From sequence record ON528737: a stretch of DNA of 64,000 nt, one strand, 5' to 3'. A program made the position numbers and the translations under genes. The notes under the pieces were generated by a model. It searched no databases. It was given only the letters and a program-made list of their open reading frames with translations, and was not told the DNA's origin. Origin of the DNA: Shigella phage ESh27. This document shows, in pieces, positions 9,418-18,913 of the stretch (position 1 is the stretch's first letter; the number at the start of each line of letters is the position of its first letter).

Positions 9418-10440
9418 ATGGCTGAATGGATAGATAATGAATTTGCTTATCGTGCGTTTTCTCACCTCCCTCGTTTTAGACAAATCAATAATTCAAGCAC
9501 ATTTAAATTAACATTTCGTTGTCCAGTTTGTGGCGACTCTCAGACAGATGCAATGAAAGCTCGCGGATGGTATTATGGCGGTACTCCAGGTAATGTGCAT
9601 TGCTATAACTGCCAATATCATAATACGATTTCCGGATACTTAAAAGAGTATGATGAAGAGCTTTATCGCGAATATCTAATGGAAGTACGTAAAGAAAAAG
9701 CTAGAATGGAACCAAAGATTGAAAAGGTTCCTGAACATAAACCAGAACCGGAGAAAAAGACTATAAATTCTTTGCCGTCTTGTTCTCGTCTGGACAAGTT
9801 GCCTGAAGAGCATCCTATTGTGAAATATGTTAAGTCTCGTTGTATTCCTAAAGAATCGTGGAACAGATTATGGTTCACATTAGAATGGCCTAAATTGGTT
9901 AACAAGATTCAACCTGGTACGTATAAGAAAGAGATTCCTGAACCGCGTTTAGTGATACCTATTTTTAATAAAGACGGGAAGGCTGAGTCATTTCAAGGAC
10001 GTGCACTTCGCAAAGATGCTCCTCAAAAATATATCACTATTAAAGCTTTTGAATCTGCAACAAAAATTTATGGTGTTGAACGTGTTAAGGAAGGAGACGT
10101 CTGGGTAATGGAAGGCCCTATTGATAGTTTATTCATACCCAATGCAATCGCTATTACAGGCGGCTCAATAGATTTAGATGTGGTACCATTTAAAGAACGT
10201 CGGGTATGGGTAATGGATAATGAACCTAGGCATCCGGATACTATAGCTCGTATGAAGCGATTAGTAGATGCAGGCGAACGTGTTATGTTCTGGGATAGAG
10301 CTCCATGGAGATCAAAGGATGTGAATGATATGGTAATGAAAGAAAATGCAACACCACAAGAAATTTTAGAATATATGAAACAGAATATTTCAAGTGGGTT
10401 GCATGCTAAAATGAGATTATCTCGTTATTCGAAGATTTAA
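9418..10440 (+). CDS. 61: gp61 DNA primase
   Basis: 340 aa; N-terminal zinc ribbon CPVCGDS...CYNCQYH, TOPRIM-type core; T4 synteny. Confidence 0.9.
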   Translation: MAEWIDNEFAYRAFSHLPRFRQINNSSTFKLTFRCPVCGDSQTDAMKARGWYYGGTPGNVHCYNCQYHNTISGYLKEYDEELYREYLMEVRKEKARMEPKIEKVPEHKPEPEKKTINSLPSCSRLDKLPEEHPIVKYVKSRCIPKESWNRLWFTLEWPKLVNKIQPGTYKKEIPEPRLVIPIFNKDGKAESFQGRALRKDAPQKYITIKAFESATKIYGVERVKEGDVWVMEGPIDSLFIPNAIAITGGSIDLDVVPFKERRVWVMDNEPRHPDTIARMKRLVDAGERVMFWDRAPWRSKDVNDMVMKENATPQEILEYMKQNISSGLHAKMRLSRYSKI

Positions 10441-10634
10441 ACAAGCCCTATAATAGCAAAGGCCAAATCAACTACAGTATCCAACGGAACAGAAGGAACT
10501 ATAACACCATTAGCAACTAACACCGGTGCAATCCCGAAGTTCCATGAAATAATGCCACCTACAACTATTGCAGCGATAGCAGTTTTCTTTTTATTGCCTT
10601 TAATAGCGTTGATTAACGATGGAAGTTTAAACAT
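10437..10634 (-). CDS. small membrane protein (antisense to early block)
   Basis: 65 aa, hydrophobic; strong SD AAGGAG 7 nt upstream of ATG on minus strand; convergent with gene 61. Confidence 0.5.
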   Translation of the reverse strand: MFKLPSLINAIKGNKKKTAIAAIVVGGIISWNFGIAPVLVANGVIVPSVPLDTVVDLAFAIIGLV

Positions 10635-10723
10635 AATATCTCCTTAGTTACCTTATTATTTATTACGCTTTATAAAATTAATGTTAGAATTAACTCTCTT
10701 ATACTGAATTGAAAGGAAAAATA

Positions 10724-11245
10724 ATGGCACACTTTAACGAATGTTCACAACTTATTTCTGGTGTTGATAAAGCAGAAGAAGCTTATTTTAATGCTCTGAT
10801 TCACGAAGATAAAGACCCACTGCAGGTAATGCTTGATATGCAGAAATCTTTACAGGTTCGTCTGGCGAATGACAAGCCTGAACATAACAAACATCCTGAT
10901 GAATTGGCCACTGCTGGCGATGTTGTTGATTGGCTGCGTAATCAGAAAGATTATATTGATGATGAATTCCGTGAACTGCTGACTTCACTTGGTGGTATGA
11001 GCAATGGTGAAAAAGCTGCCAGCAGTGTATGGAAGCCTTGGAAAGCACAACATGCTGAATTCCGTAATCGTCGTATTGATGAGTTGTCTCCTGAAGACCA
11101 GCTCGAAATTAAATTTGAGATGATTGATATCCTGCACTTTGTTCTGAACATGTTCCATGGCCTTGGACTGACTGCAGAAGAAATCTTTAAACTGTATTAC
11201 CTGAAAAACGCCGAGAACTTTGCTCGTCAGGACCGAGGTTATTAA
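10724..11245 (+). CDS. 56: gp56 dCTPase / dCTP pyrophosphatase (MazG-like)
   Basis: 173 aa from ATG 10724 (track start 10709 is TTG); N-terminus MAHFNEC; T4 synteny. Confidence 0.8.
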   Translation: MAHFNECSQLISGVDKAEEAYFNALIHEDKDPLQVMLDMQKSLQVRLANDKPEHNKHPDELATAGDVVDWLRNQKDYIDDEFRELLTSLGGMSNGEKAASSVWKPWKAQHAEFRNRRIDELSPEDQLEIKFEMIDILHFVLNMFHGLGLTAEEIFKLYYLKNAENFARQDRGY

Positions 11246-11526
11246 TGTCTCGTTTAAATAAACGTCAGCTTAAGAAAGCTCGTAAGAAGCATATTAATGC
11301 TATAATTGAAAACGCTAATGTTGAAATCTTTGTAGAACTCTTAGCCAATCAACTAAAAAATTTATCTAAACAAGAAATTGATATGAATACTGAAAATGCT
11401 AAAAATGTAATCGAAACTCATAATGTTTTTGCTCAAGCTACAGCCGAATACATTGCTAATCCTACTGCTGAAAATCTAGCTAAAATGACTGAAGCCAATA
11501 AAGCAGTCCAAGCTGCTAAATTGTAA
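11245..11526 (+). CDS. hypothetical protein
   Basis: 93 aa; ATG overlaps gene 56 stop. Confidence 0.45.
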   Translation: MSRLNKRQLKKARKKHINAIIENANVEIFVELLANQLKNLSKQEIDMNTENAKNVIETHNVFAQATAEYIANPTAENLAKMTEANKAVQAAKL

Positions 11527-11528
11527 GT

Positions 11529-11536
11529 TATAAATA
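11529..11536 (+). promoter_or_regulatory. late promoter (TATAAATA) for soc
   Basis: Exact TATAAATA about 30 nt upstream of soc ATG. Confidence 0.65.
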
Positions 11537-11567
11537 CACCTGTAATTAAACAACAAAGGAGTTTATT

Positions 11568-11804
11568 ATGGGTGGTTTCGTTAATATCAAAACCTTCACG
11601 CATCCAGCTGGTGAAGGTAAAGAAGTTAAAGGTATGGAAGTTTCTGTTCCGTTTGAGATTTATTCAAACGAACATCGGATTGCAGATTCTCATTACCAAA
11701 TCTTTCCATCAGAAAAGGCAGCTTATTCTGATGTCGTTTCTGATGCAGCAACTTGGAAAACTAAGAACGCCGCAATGTTTACCCCTACACCAGTAAGCGG
11801 TTAA
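11568..11804 (+). CDS. soc: Soc small outer capsid protein
   Basis: 78 aa; GFVNIKTF...HYQIFPSEKAAYS resembles T4 Soc; preceded by TATAAATA late promoter, followed by terminator. Confidence 0.8.
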   Translation: MGGFVNIKTFTHPAGEGKEVKGMEVSVPFEIYSNEHRIADSHYQIFPSEKAAYSDVVSDAATWKTKNAAMFTPTPVSG

Positions 11805-11811
11805 ATAATTT

Positions 11812-11838
11812 AAGGAATCCTTCGGGATTCCTTTTTTC
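11812..11838 (+). terminator. intrinsic terminator after soc
   Basis: AAGGAATCC-TTCG-GGATTCCTT hairpin followed by TTTTTT. Confidence 0.7.
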
Positions 11839-11847
11839 GTTTCTAGA

Positions 11848-11885
11848 GTTTACAACCACTAAAAACTGTGTTAAGATATTCTTAC
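11848..11885 (+). promoter_or_regulatory. early promoter
   Basis: -35 GTTTAC 11848-11853, 18 bp, -10 TAAGAT 11872-11877; after soc terminator. Confidence 0.45.
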
Positions 11886-11905
11886 CTACTCAAGAGGAGA
11901 ACAAT

Positions 11906-12133
11906 ATGTTAAATCGTTGGATTAAACCTAATAACACATTAGGTGCTTTGATTGCTCAAGAAGTTTCGTTGAAATACGGTCTTGGATATTACGATGATGT
12001 AGTCGTACACTCATTCATGATGGATGGTGAAGACGTCAAATTTAATGCCGAAATCCGTTGGGATGATGGTGGTGTTCGTTTTGTTCGAGGAACAATTAAT
12101 GCTTACGATACTGAAGAAGTTATTTGCTGTTAA
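11906..12133 (+). CDS. hypothetical protein
   Basis: 75 aa; SD AAGAGGAGAA; after early promoter. Confidence 0.4.
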   Translation: MLNRWIKPNNTLGALIAQEVSLKYGLGYYDDVVVHSFMMDGEDVKFNAEIRWDDGGVRFVRGTINAYDTEEVICC

Positions 12134-12146
12134 ACCAGGCGAAGGT

Positions 12147-12335
12147 ATGATGCCTATTCCTGATACACACGAAAAAAGTTGGGAATACATTGGTGACGGC
12201 ATGATGGAAGAAGTTATTCGTCCTAAGTCTGCTTCAAGCTCTTCAAGTTATAATCATTCATACGTATCGTCTTGGCCTGGTGATTCTGGGACAAGTTATT
12301 CTGATTGTGGTTCAAGCTCAGGGAGCTGTGAATGA
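12147..12335 (+). CDS. hypothetical Ser-rich small protein
   Basis: 62 aa from ATG 12147. Confidence 0.35.
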   Translation: MMPIPDTHEKSWEYIGDGMMEEVIRPKSASSSSSYNHSYVSSWPGDSGTSYSDCGSSSGSCE

Positions 12336-12511
12336 ACAGAATAGTAAAATGGTTTAAAAGCTTGAATGATGGAGTCGGACCGGAAGATTGGTTAGATGTT
12401 TTTGAAGAGAAAATGGTCAAAGAACTCCAGAAACATGAAGAAAAGCTCGTCGAAGATGAAGGCGAACGTATTGTAAAACTTTATATGGGTGAACCATTGA
12501 GGAAATTATAA
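12332..12511 (+). CDS. hypothetical small protein
   Basis: 59 aa; overlaps both neighbours by stop/start codons. Confidence 0.3.
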   Translation: MNRIVKWFKSLNDGVGPEDWLDVFEEKMVKELQKHEEKLVEDEGERIVKLYMGEPLRKL

Positions 12512-12975
12512 TGGATGCTATGTTATTTAAAATGTATTTGCTTGAAGCCAAGTCATTTAAACATATACCAGTAGAAGATAAGACTCCACTAGAAATAGCT
12601 ATTCTCATTAACAAAAGTCTAAATAATCCGCAATATATCGTAGAAGAATTCTGTAAATTGCAGATTCCTAAAGGTTACAAAATTCGTGTAGAGCGAGTTG
12701 GAGCTATTACTCATTCTAAAAATTCTCCATTTAGTCTTGAAGAAGGCATAAAGGATTTAGGGTACGAATCTACAGAAAATGCTGTTTATGTGAATCCTGA
12801 AAAGCGTTTAGACCTGTTTGAAAAGCGAGACCATAAGTATTTTGCCAAAAAATACTTTATTACATCATTAGCAGATTTAACCCATTTGCAACGAGCTATT
12901 TGGAAATTTTTTAAGACAAAAGGTGTAGCACTAGAAACATTCTCTGAACCTGCTAGTTTTTATCTCGGTGAATAA
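12511..12975 (+). CDS. hypothetical protein
   Basis: 154 aa; SD GAGG. Confidence 0.5.
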   Translation: MDAMLFKMYLLEAKSFKHIPVEDKTPLEIAILINKSLNNPQYIVEEFCKLQIPKGYKIRVERVGAITHSKNSPFSLEEGIKDLGYESTENAVYVNPEKRLDLFEKRDHKYFAKKYFITSLADLTHLQRAIWKFFKTKGVALETFSEPASFYLGE

Positions 12976-12976
12976 T

Positions 12977-13156
12977 ATGGACCTTATGAGTATGTTTGAC
13001 GAGCCTGAAGTTGAGGCTCCTAAAGTGCATCGTAGTGAACTTGTTGATGAACTAGATAGTATTATACAACGTCATGGCTTTAGTTTACCATTAGAAGTCC
13101 TGAAAGACCTAGCCTCTTATTATGACGACCCGCCACCATGGAGTCCTTGGAAATGA
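12977..13156 (+). CDS. hypothetical acidic small protein
   Basis: 59 aa from ATG 12977 (track start 12968 is GTG). Confidence 0.4.
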   Translation: MDLMSMFDEPEVEAPKVHRSELVDELDSIIQRHGFSLPLEVLKDLASYYDDPPPWSPWK

Positions 13157-13304
13157 AAGAGCAATTCTTAGTGGAAACCAAGAAAAAGGACTTTGAGATA
13201 TGGTATCGAATGGTGAAAGGGTTGGCATTGCTTCTTAAAGCATCACCATTCATGTTAGAACAACCTGGTCCTGATGGTCCTTTAGTCGGAAAGCTTAAAA
13301 AGTA

Positions 13305-13345
13305 GTTTACAACCCCTCCTCTTATGTTATGATAGACTTATCTTT
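13305..13345 (+). promoter_or_regulatory. early promoter
   Basis: -35 GTTTAC 13305-13310, 17 bp, -10 TATGAT 13328-13333, then AGACTTATC. Confidence 0.45.
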
Positions 13346-13552
13346 AAACGGAGGTCTATCATGACATGTCAATCTGAACAAGAGTACATGGTCTCGGGTA
13401 TCTCTAAATTTGAGATTGTGGAAATTGAAGACTTAGAATATATCCCTTTATCTCGATTATACAAAATCATTCATTTGAAAATGTTGAATTTTTAGTGTAC
13501 AAACTCTTCCGATGATGATACTATACCTTTATCAACCATAGGAGAAACCTAA

Positions 13553-14161
13553 ATGTTTATGCCGTATAACGAGTGTGAAATTGAAGAAATGGTTCGTCGT
13601 GCTCAAAACCCCGAATATCAAGATGTATTGCAGTACGAAATTGATAGTCAATTCAGCGACATTGAACAAAGTATACTGTGGCAGTGTATGGAAAACAAGC
13701 CAGACTGTATTCAACAGGAGTTAAGTTCAATCGTTCGTAGAAATTGGTCGTCTTCTGTTCCTGAGACAATGTATCGTGGAATCTCTAAGAAAACTATGGC
13801 CACACTCGATGATAAAGGCATTGGTAGTATTATTAAATTTGACAGAGTAATGAGCTTCAGCCCAGTGTTTGGTGTAGCACGTAACTTCGCTTCGTATAAT
13901 TTTTATGGAACATTTAATATGTTCTGTATCAAAGATGCACCATTTGCTTTCAACTTCCGTGAACATATGCTTAATATGATTCTGGCTGCGCCATCTTGTG
14001 AGTTCAATGGAGCTTTCCCTGAAGCGACAAGACGGTCTAATGCTAGACTTATATCTGACGAATGTGAATTTATGCTCCCTATAGGGACTACACTGCGTGT
14101 AGATTCTATTATTCAAGATGGAAATTATACAATCTGGAATCTGATTATTGTCAGTTACTGA
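13553..14161 (+). CDS. Mod-type ADP-ribosyltransferase (ModA/ModB-like)
   Basis: 202 aa; R-S-E triad candidates (YRG, SFSP, ECEF); T4 modA/modB position. Confidence 0.6.
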   Translation: MFMPYNECEIEEMVRRAQNPEYQDVLQYEIDSQFSDIEQSILWQCMENKPDCIQQELSSIVRRNWSSSVPETMYRGISKKTMATLDDKGIGSIIKFDRVMSFSPVFGVARNFASYNFYGTFNMFCIKDAPFAFNFREHMLNMILAAPSCEFNGAFPEATRRSNARLISDECEFMLPIGTTLRVDSIIQDGNYTIWNLIIVSY

Positions 14162-14313
14162 CTGGATTGGAATAACCGGATGGAACTCAGAACCATTATA
14201 ACACATAAAAAATTAAAGCATTTTACGAAAAAAGAGTGTACACTACCTGAGGGCATGATATTATAAGCTTATCAGCTAAATGACCTAACGTCCGTAAGAC
14301 AGAGGAAAATATT

Positions 14314-15060
14314 ATGTTATCAAATAATAAAATTAACAAAATCAATCGTCGTCTTGACCACACCAGAGCTTCTGCGAAGAGACGCTCTAAGGATTTTAAC
14401 TTAGACTTTAATTACCTTAAAAACATTCTTGATCAAAAGGTCTGCGCTTACTCAGGTGAATCTTTCAATAACTCTGTTGAAGGTGAGAAATTATCCTTAG
14501 AACGTTTTAATAACGATATCGGCTACATTAAAGGTAATGTTATCCCTGTTAAGAAAAAATATAATACGGCTCGTTCTGATTTAACATTAGAAGAACTTAT
14601 TGAGAAACGTGACGCTATTGCAAGACGTATCGCTAATCCTTCTGTCCGTAAAGTAGAGAAACTTAATCTTGATGAGAAGAAATGGGCCCAAATTAAAAAG
14701 GTTTATGGTACTATTTTAAAAATCCGAGCAAAACGTGAAAATCGTGTTAAGCATATGGCTAACATGATGAAAAATCAACCTTTATCTAACGAATCTAAAC
14801 TTAGAATTGTTGCTTTGAAGGCACGCATTAATGGCTCACATCAAGCGGAAGGCCATGAACTTACTAAACTCAACGTTCTTCTTAAAGGCTCTGACTGGAA
14901 AACTAAAACTAAATTAACTGACGCTGAATCGCTTTTCGATACATATGATAAAGTTATCCAAGGTTTGCAACGTTTTGAAAAGATTGGTTTCATTGGTAAA
15001 TTAAAATTGAAACGTGGCTTACCACTTAGCGCATCATTATTCCAACTGATTAAAGGTTAA
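14314..15060 (+). CDS. hypothetical basic protein (srd position)
   Basis: 248 aa, Lys/Arg-rich; synteny slot of T4 srd; sequence-level assignment not possible. Confidence 0.5.
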   Translation: MLSNNKINKINRRLDHTRASAKRRSKDFNLDFNYLKNILDQKVCAYSGESFNNSVEGEKLSLERFNNDIGYIKGNVIPVKKKYNTARSDLTLEELIEKRDAIARRIANPSVRKVEKLNLDEKKWAQIKKVYGTILKIRAKRENRVKHMANMMKNQPLSNESKLRIVALKARINGSHQAEGHELTKLNVLLKGSDWKTKTKLTDAESLFDTYDKVIQGLQRFEKIGFIGKLKLKRGLPLSASLFQLIKG

Positions 15061-15062
15061 TT

Positions 15063-15374
15063 ATGGTTTATGTATATGCAATAGTTTATCGAGATATGGA
15101 AGGATTTACTGTCCCGGTTCCTCTTGATGAATATCGTCCTGCAGTATTTTTTAGAAAGGATATTGCAGATAAAGTTTTCGATACTTTGAAAACACAGTAT
15201 AAAACAGATTTAAAAATGGGAGTTCTAAGAATGGTTGAAACTCCGCGTAAGTTCTGGTTTAATAAGCTTGAAATGAAACACGTTAAACTAGATGCGGAGA
15301 CGCAAAGATTGTATCAACGAATTCTAGATACCGGCCGTATTGTTAGTATTCCAATTGCAGGGACTTTACGATGA
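15063..15374 (+). CDS. hypothetical protein
   Basis: 103 aa; stop overlaps dda start. Confidence 0.5.
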   Translation: MVYVYAIVYRDMEGFTVPVPLDEYRPAVFFRKDIADKVFDTLKTQYKTDLKMGVLRMVETPRKFWFNKLEMKHVKLDAETQRLYQRILDTGRIVSIPIAGTLR

Positions 15375-16684
15375 CATTTGATGATTTGACTGAAGGCCAG
15401 AAAAACGCCTTCAACGTTGTTATGAAAGCTATTAAAGAAAAGAAACATCACGTAACTATTAATGGACCTGCAGGTACAGGTAAAACAACCCTTACTAGAT
15501 TCATCGTTGAAGCCCTTATTTCTTCTGGAGAATCAGGTATTATTTTAGCAGCACCAACACACGCTGCTAAAAAGGTTCTAAGCAAACTTGCTGGACAAGA
15601 AGCATCGACTATTCATAGCATTCTTAAAATCAACCCAACTACATACGAAGAAAACGTATTATTTGAACAGAAAAAGGTTCCCGACTTAGCCTTGTGTCGT
15701 GTACTGTTATTTGATGAAGCGTCAATGTGCGACCGTTCTCTGTTTAAAATAATGTTAGCTAGTATCCCTAAATGGTGTACAGTAATTGGAATTGGTGACC
15801 GATGTCAGATTCGTCCTGTAGACCCAGGCGAATCAACTGCGTATCTAAGTCCTTTCTTCACTCACAAAGACTTCGTGCAATGCAACCTTACAGAAGTTAA
15901 ACGTAGCAATGCACCAATTATTGATGTTGCGACCGATATTCGTAATGGCAAATGGATTTATGATAAAGTAGTTGACGGGCATGGTGTTCATGGATATACA
16001 GACCTTAAATCGTATATGATGAACTATTTTAATGTCGTTAAAACTCCTGAAGACCTTTTCGAAAATCGAATGATGGCATTCACAAATAAGTCGGTGGACA
16101 AGTTAAATTCAATTATTCGCCGAAAACTTCTTGAAACAGAAAAACCATTTATTAAAGATGAAGTCATTGTTCTACAAGAGCCATTTACTAAGACATATAA
16201 GCTAGATGGTAAAAATATGACCGAAATGCTTTTCAATAACGGGCAATTCGTTCGTATTCGAGATGCTGTAGAAACGTCTACATTCGTTAAAGCACGTGGT
16301 GTTTCTGGCGAATATATGATACGATACTGGAATCTTACAGTAGAAACATATGGGGATGATGAAGAATACGTCCGCGAAGATATAAAGGTTATTTCTTCCG
16401 AAGAAGAGCTTTATAAATTCAATTTGTTTTTGGCTAAGACTGCAGAAACATACAAATTCTGGAATAAAGGTGGTAAAGCTCCGTGGAGTGAATTCTGGGA
16501 TGCTAAACGTATGTTCACTAAGGTGAAGGCACTACCAGTATCAACCTTCCATAAGGCTCAGGGTATGTCTGTTGACACGGCCTTTGTTTATACACCGTGT
16601 ATCCATTATGCCGATTCAGAATTAGCTAAACAGTTATTGTATGTCGGCACAACTCGTGGCCGTTTTGACGTCCATTTTATTTGA
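15371..16684 (+). CDS. dda: Dda SF1B DNA helicase
   Basis: 437 aa; N-terminus MTFDDLTEGQKNAF; Walker A GPAGTGKT. Confidence 0.9.
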   Translation: MTFDDLTEGQKNAFNVVMKAIKEKKHHVTINGPAGTGKTTLTRFIVEALISSGESGIILAAPTHAAKKVLSKLAGQEASTIHSILKINPTTYEENVLFEQKKVPDLALCRVLLFDEASMCDRSLFKIMLASIPKWCTVIGIGDRCQIRPVDPGESTAYLSPFFTHKDFVQCNLTEVKRSNAPIIDVATDIRNGKWIYDKVVDGHGVHGYTDLKSYMMNYFNVVKTPEDLFENRMMAFTNKSVDKLNSIIRRKLLETEKPFIKDEVIVLQEPFTKTYKLDGKNMTEMLFNNGQFVRIRDAVETSTFVKARGVSGEYMIRYWNLTVETYGDDEEYVREDIKVISSEEELYKFNLFLAKTAETYKFWNKGGKAPWSEFWDAKRMFTKVKALPVSTFHKAQGMSVDTAFVYTPCIHYADSELAKQLLYVGTTRGRFDVHFI

Positions 16685-16693
16685 GAGAAAATT

Positions 16694-17371
16694 ATGAGCA
16701 CTGATGTTATTATAGATTTTGAAACATTCGGCAATACATCAAAAGCTGCTGTTATTGACCTTGCGGTTATTGCATATAATTCCGACCCTGAAGTTGTTGA
16801 AACATTTGAAGAACTTGTTCAACGAGGTAAGCGAATTAAATTTAATTTAGCTTCTCAGAAAGGGAAGCGAGTTTTCGCTAAATCCACTATGAAATGGTGG
16901 AAAGAACAATCAGCAGAAGCACGTAAAAACCTGGCTCCGTCTGAAGACGATGTCACTACGCTTGAAGGCATTAAAATCTTTTTAGATTATTGTCGAGCTA
17001 ATAAAGTTGACCAATGGAAATCACAGATGTGGTGCCGTGGTATGAGCTTTGACTTCCCGATATTGGTCGATTTGATTCGTGATCTCTATCGTGATGAAGG
17101 TGTTCTTGAACCAGATATTGATACTGATAAATTAGAACCGGTTAAATTCTGGGCTCAACGCGATATTCGTACGGCAATCGAAGCTTACTCGTTGACACGA
17201 GGATTAAGTATGTGTCCATTACCGATGGGTACGCTAAAAGGATTCGTTGCCCATGATAGTATTCATGATTGTGCTAAAGATATTTTGATGTTAAAATATG
17301 CTCAGCGTTATGCGCTTGGTCTTGAAGATGTCCCTGAGAATCCTGACCCGTTAAGTGTAAAACAGCGATAA
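16694..17371 (+). CDS. dexA: DexA 3'-5' exonuclease A
   Basis: 225 aa; DEDD-type IIDFETFG motif; size and synteny with T4 dexA. Confidence 0.8.
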   Translation: MSTDVIIDFETFGNTSKAAVIDLAVIAYNSDPEVVETFEELVQRGKRIKFNLASQKGKRVFAKSTMKWWKEQSAEARKNLAPSEDDVTTLEGIKIFLDYCRANKVDQWKSQMWCRGMSFDFPILVDLIRDLYRDEGVLEPDIDTDKLEPVKFWAQRDIRTAIEAYSLTRGLSMCPLPMGTLKGFVAHDSIHDCAKDILMLKYAQRYALGLEDVPENPDPLSVKQR

Positions 17372-17376
17372 AATCA

Positions 17377-17415
17377 GTTTACAACCAAGGATGGTTGGAG
17401 TATAATCTTTCTATC
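17377..17415 (+). promoter_or_regulatory. early promoter
   Basis: -35 GTTTAC 17377-17382, 18 bp, -10 TATAAT 17401-17406; spacer carries CCAAGGATGGTTGG palindrome. Confidence 0.5.
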
Positions 17416-17437
17416 TTAACCAAACAGGAAAAACATT

Positions 17438-17932
17438 ATGAATATCAATACTACGGCTACTTACATCCTGAAAGACGAAAAACAAATTAACTGGTATGGT
17501 GCTTCAGTGCGAGCTTACGAAAAGTTTTGTGAAATTTTAGGCACCACTCAAGGTAATAGTTTCACTATTGTTAACTTCATCAAACAAGCTGAAGGCCCTT
17601 GGTTATTCTTAGAAATTAAAAATTCATATGGTACAATTTCCACTACCGCCCTTCCAAGCACAGACTTTGAACTGTTGATTGAAGAAGTAGAACCCGTTAA
17701 AGACATCTGTATTGATATGGATATCGCTTGTATGTACGGTACTCTGATTAAGCCTATTGAGCCTACTGATTTGCTGTGTAAATATGTTTCAATTCGACGC
17801 CCGTTCGCAGGTCCAGTAAATGGATGGGTAACTGACCAGTGGATTGAAGACGGTGTTGAACTTCTGAACGTTGTTCATGCAGGTGATTTTAGTGTAGTTC
17901 CACGTAGTGCTGTGGTTAATATCCTTAATTAA
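17438..17932 (+). CDS. hypothetical protein, tandem paralog 1
   Basis: 164 aa; C-terminal NGWVTDQWIEDGVELLNVVHAGDFSVV block shared with the next two ORFs. Confidence 0.5.
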   Translation: MNINTTATYILKDEKQINWYGASVRAYEKFCEILGTTQGNSFTIVNFIKQAEGPWLFLEIKNSYGTISTTALPSTDFELLIEEVEPVKDICIDMDIACMYGTLIKPIEPTDLLCKYVSIRRPFAGPVNGWVTDQWIEDGVELLNVVHAGDFSVVPRSAVVNILN

Positions 17933-17934
17933 TG

Positions 17935-17972
17935 TTGTACATCCAAGGATGGATGGAGTATAATGAATTCAA
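17935..17972 (+). promoter_or_regulatory. early promoter
   Basis: -35 TTGTAC 17935-17940, 18 bp, -10 TATAAT 17959-17964; near-duplicate of the 17377 promoter. Confidence 0.5.
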
Positions 17973-17994
17973 TTTAAACAAAGAGAGAGAAATT

Positions 17995-18480
17995 ATGAAT
18001 CTTGGTATTATTGGTGAAATCGTTCGCGTATCTAACAAATCTCGTTCTAAAGCCGCAGGAAAATTGGTCGAAGTTGTAAGTATTCAACTTAAAGAAGGCG
18101 TTAAAGATGAAGATTCTGAGGTAAAAGTTCGTATTATTCCTAGTTTTGGGACACAGGAAACCAAATTTGCTTATGTTCGTGCAAAGTTCTTGGAAACGCC
18201 TGTGAGTAGTGCTTTTGCTTCAAGAGAAAAAGTTGAATCCACAGAGCATAATGCACAGTTCAAATGGGCCTTGTGTAAAGGTGTTGAATTCCAGACCGAT
18301 AAAGAATTTGACTTCATCGATGAATATGGTTATCCAAGCAAAACTGATACTATGTGTGGCTTCATTAGTGACCAATGGGTTGAAGATGGTGAAAAGTTAT
18401 ACAATATCGTATTCTTAGGTGACTTCCGAGTTGTTAAAGAATCTGAAATCACTCGCTATGTGTCTCCTCGTAAAGCTTAA
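17995..18480 (+). CDS. hypothetical protein, tandem paralog 2
   Basis: 161 aa from ATG 17995; shares SRSKAAGKLVEV and GFISDQWVEDGEKLYNIVF blocks. Confidence 0.5.
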   Translation: MNLGIIGEIVRVSNKSRSKAAGKLVEVVSIQLKEGVKDEDSEVKVRIIPSFGTQETKFAYVRAKFLETPVSSAFASREKVESTEHNAQFKWALCKGVEFQTDKEFDFIDEYGYPSKTDTMCGFISDQWVEDGEKLYNIVFLGDFRVVKESEITRYVSPRKA

Positions 18481-18489
18481 GGAATTATT

Positions 18490-18909
18490 ATGAATATTGC
18501 AAATCTCTCTATTGGTGATTATGTACACGTATCAGATGCTTCTCGCTCTAAAGTTGCCGGGAAGTTGGTTGAAGTTCTTTCTGTAAGTTGTGGACTCTTT
18601 AGTCCACATCAAGTTAAAGTTCGTGATGCTGATGGCAACATTGGCTACGTCTCAAGCCAATTCATTGAACCAGAAGAAAAAGCGTTCAAATGGGGACTAT
18701 GCAGATCAGTTTCTGTTGAAAAAGACCACGAATTCACTATTGCTGCGGCAACCGATGGAACGCCATGGAAAACTAAGCAAATCGCCGGATTTATTAGCGA
18801 CCGTTGGGTAGAAGATGGTGTTAAGCTTTATAACATCGTTTTCGCTGGTCAGTTCATGGTAGTTCCTGAATTCCAAATTAAAAAATATAGCCCGGCTGCT
18901 TTCGCATAA
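18490..18909 (+). CDS. hypothetical protein, tandem paralog 3
   Basis: 139 aa; shares SRSKVAGKLVEV and GFISDRWVEDGVKLYNIVF blocks. Confidence 0.5.
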   Translation: MNIANLSIGDYVHVSDASRSKVAGKLVEVLSVSCGLFSPHQVKVRDADGNIGYVSSQFIEPEEKAFKWGLCRSVSVEKDHEFTIAAATDGTPWKTKQIAGFISDRWVEDGVKLYNIVFAGQFMVVPEFQIKKYSPAAFA

Positions 18910-18913
18910 AGTT

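Noticed and set aside
10709-10723. ORF-track start of gene 56 at 10709 (also 3892 for gene 40, 12968, 17932, 28619)
   Set aside because: These starts are TTG/GTG or lie inside promoter elements; downstream ATG with an SD adopted instead
14314-15060. HNH homing endonuclease call for the 248-aa basic protein
   Set aside because: Only a faint resemblance (CAYSGE, NNDIGYIKGNV); the His-His/Asn core is not present
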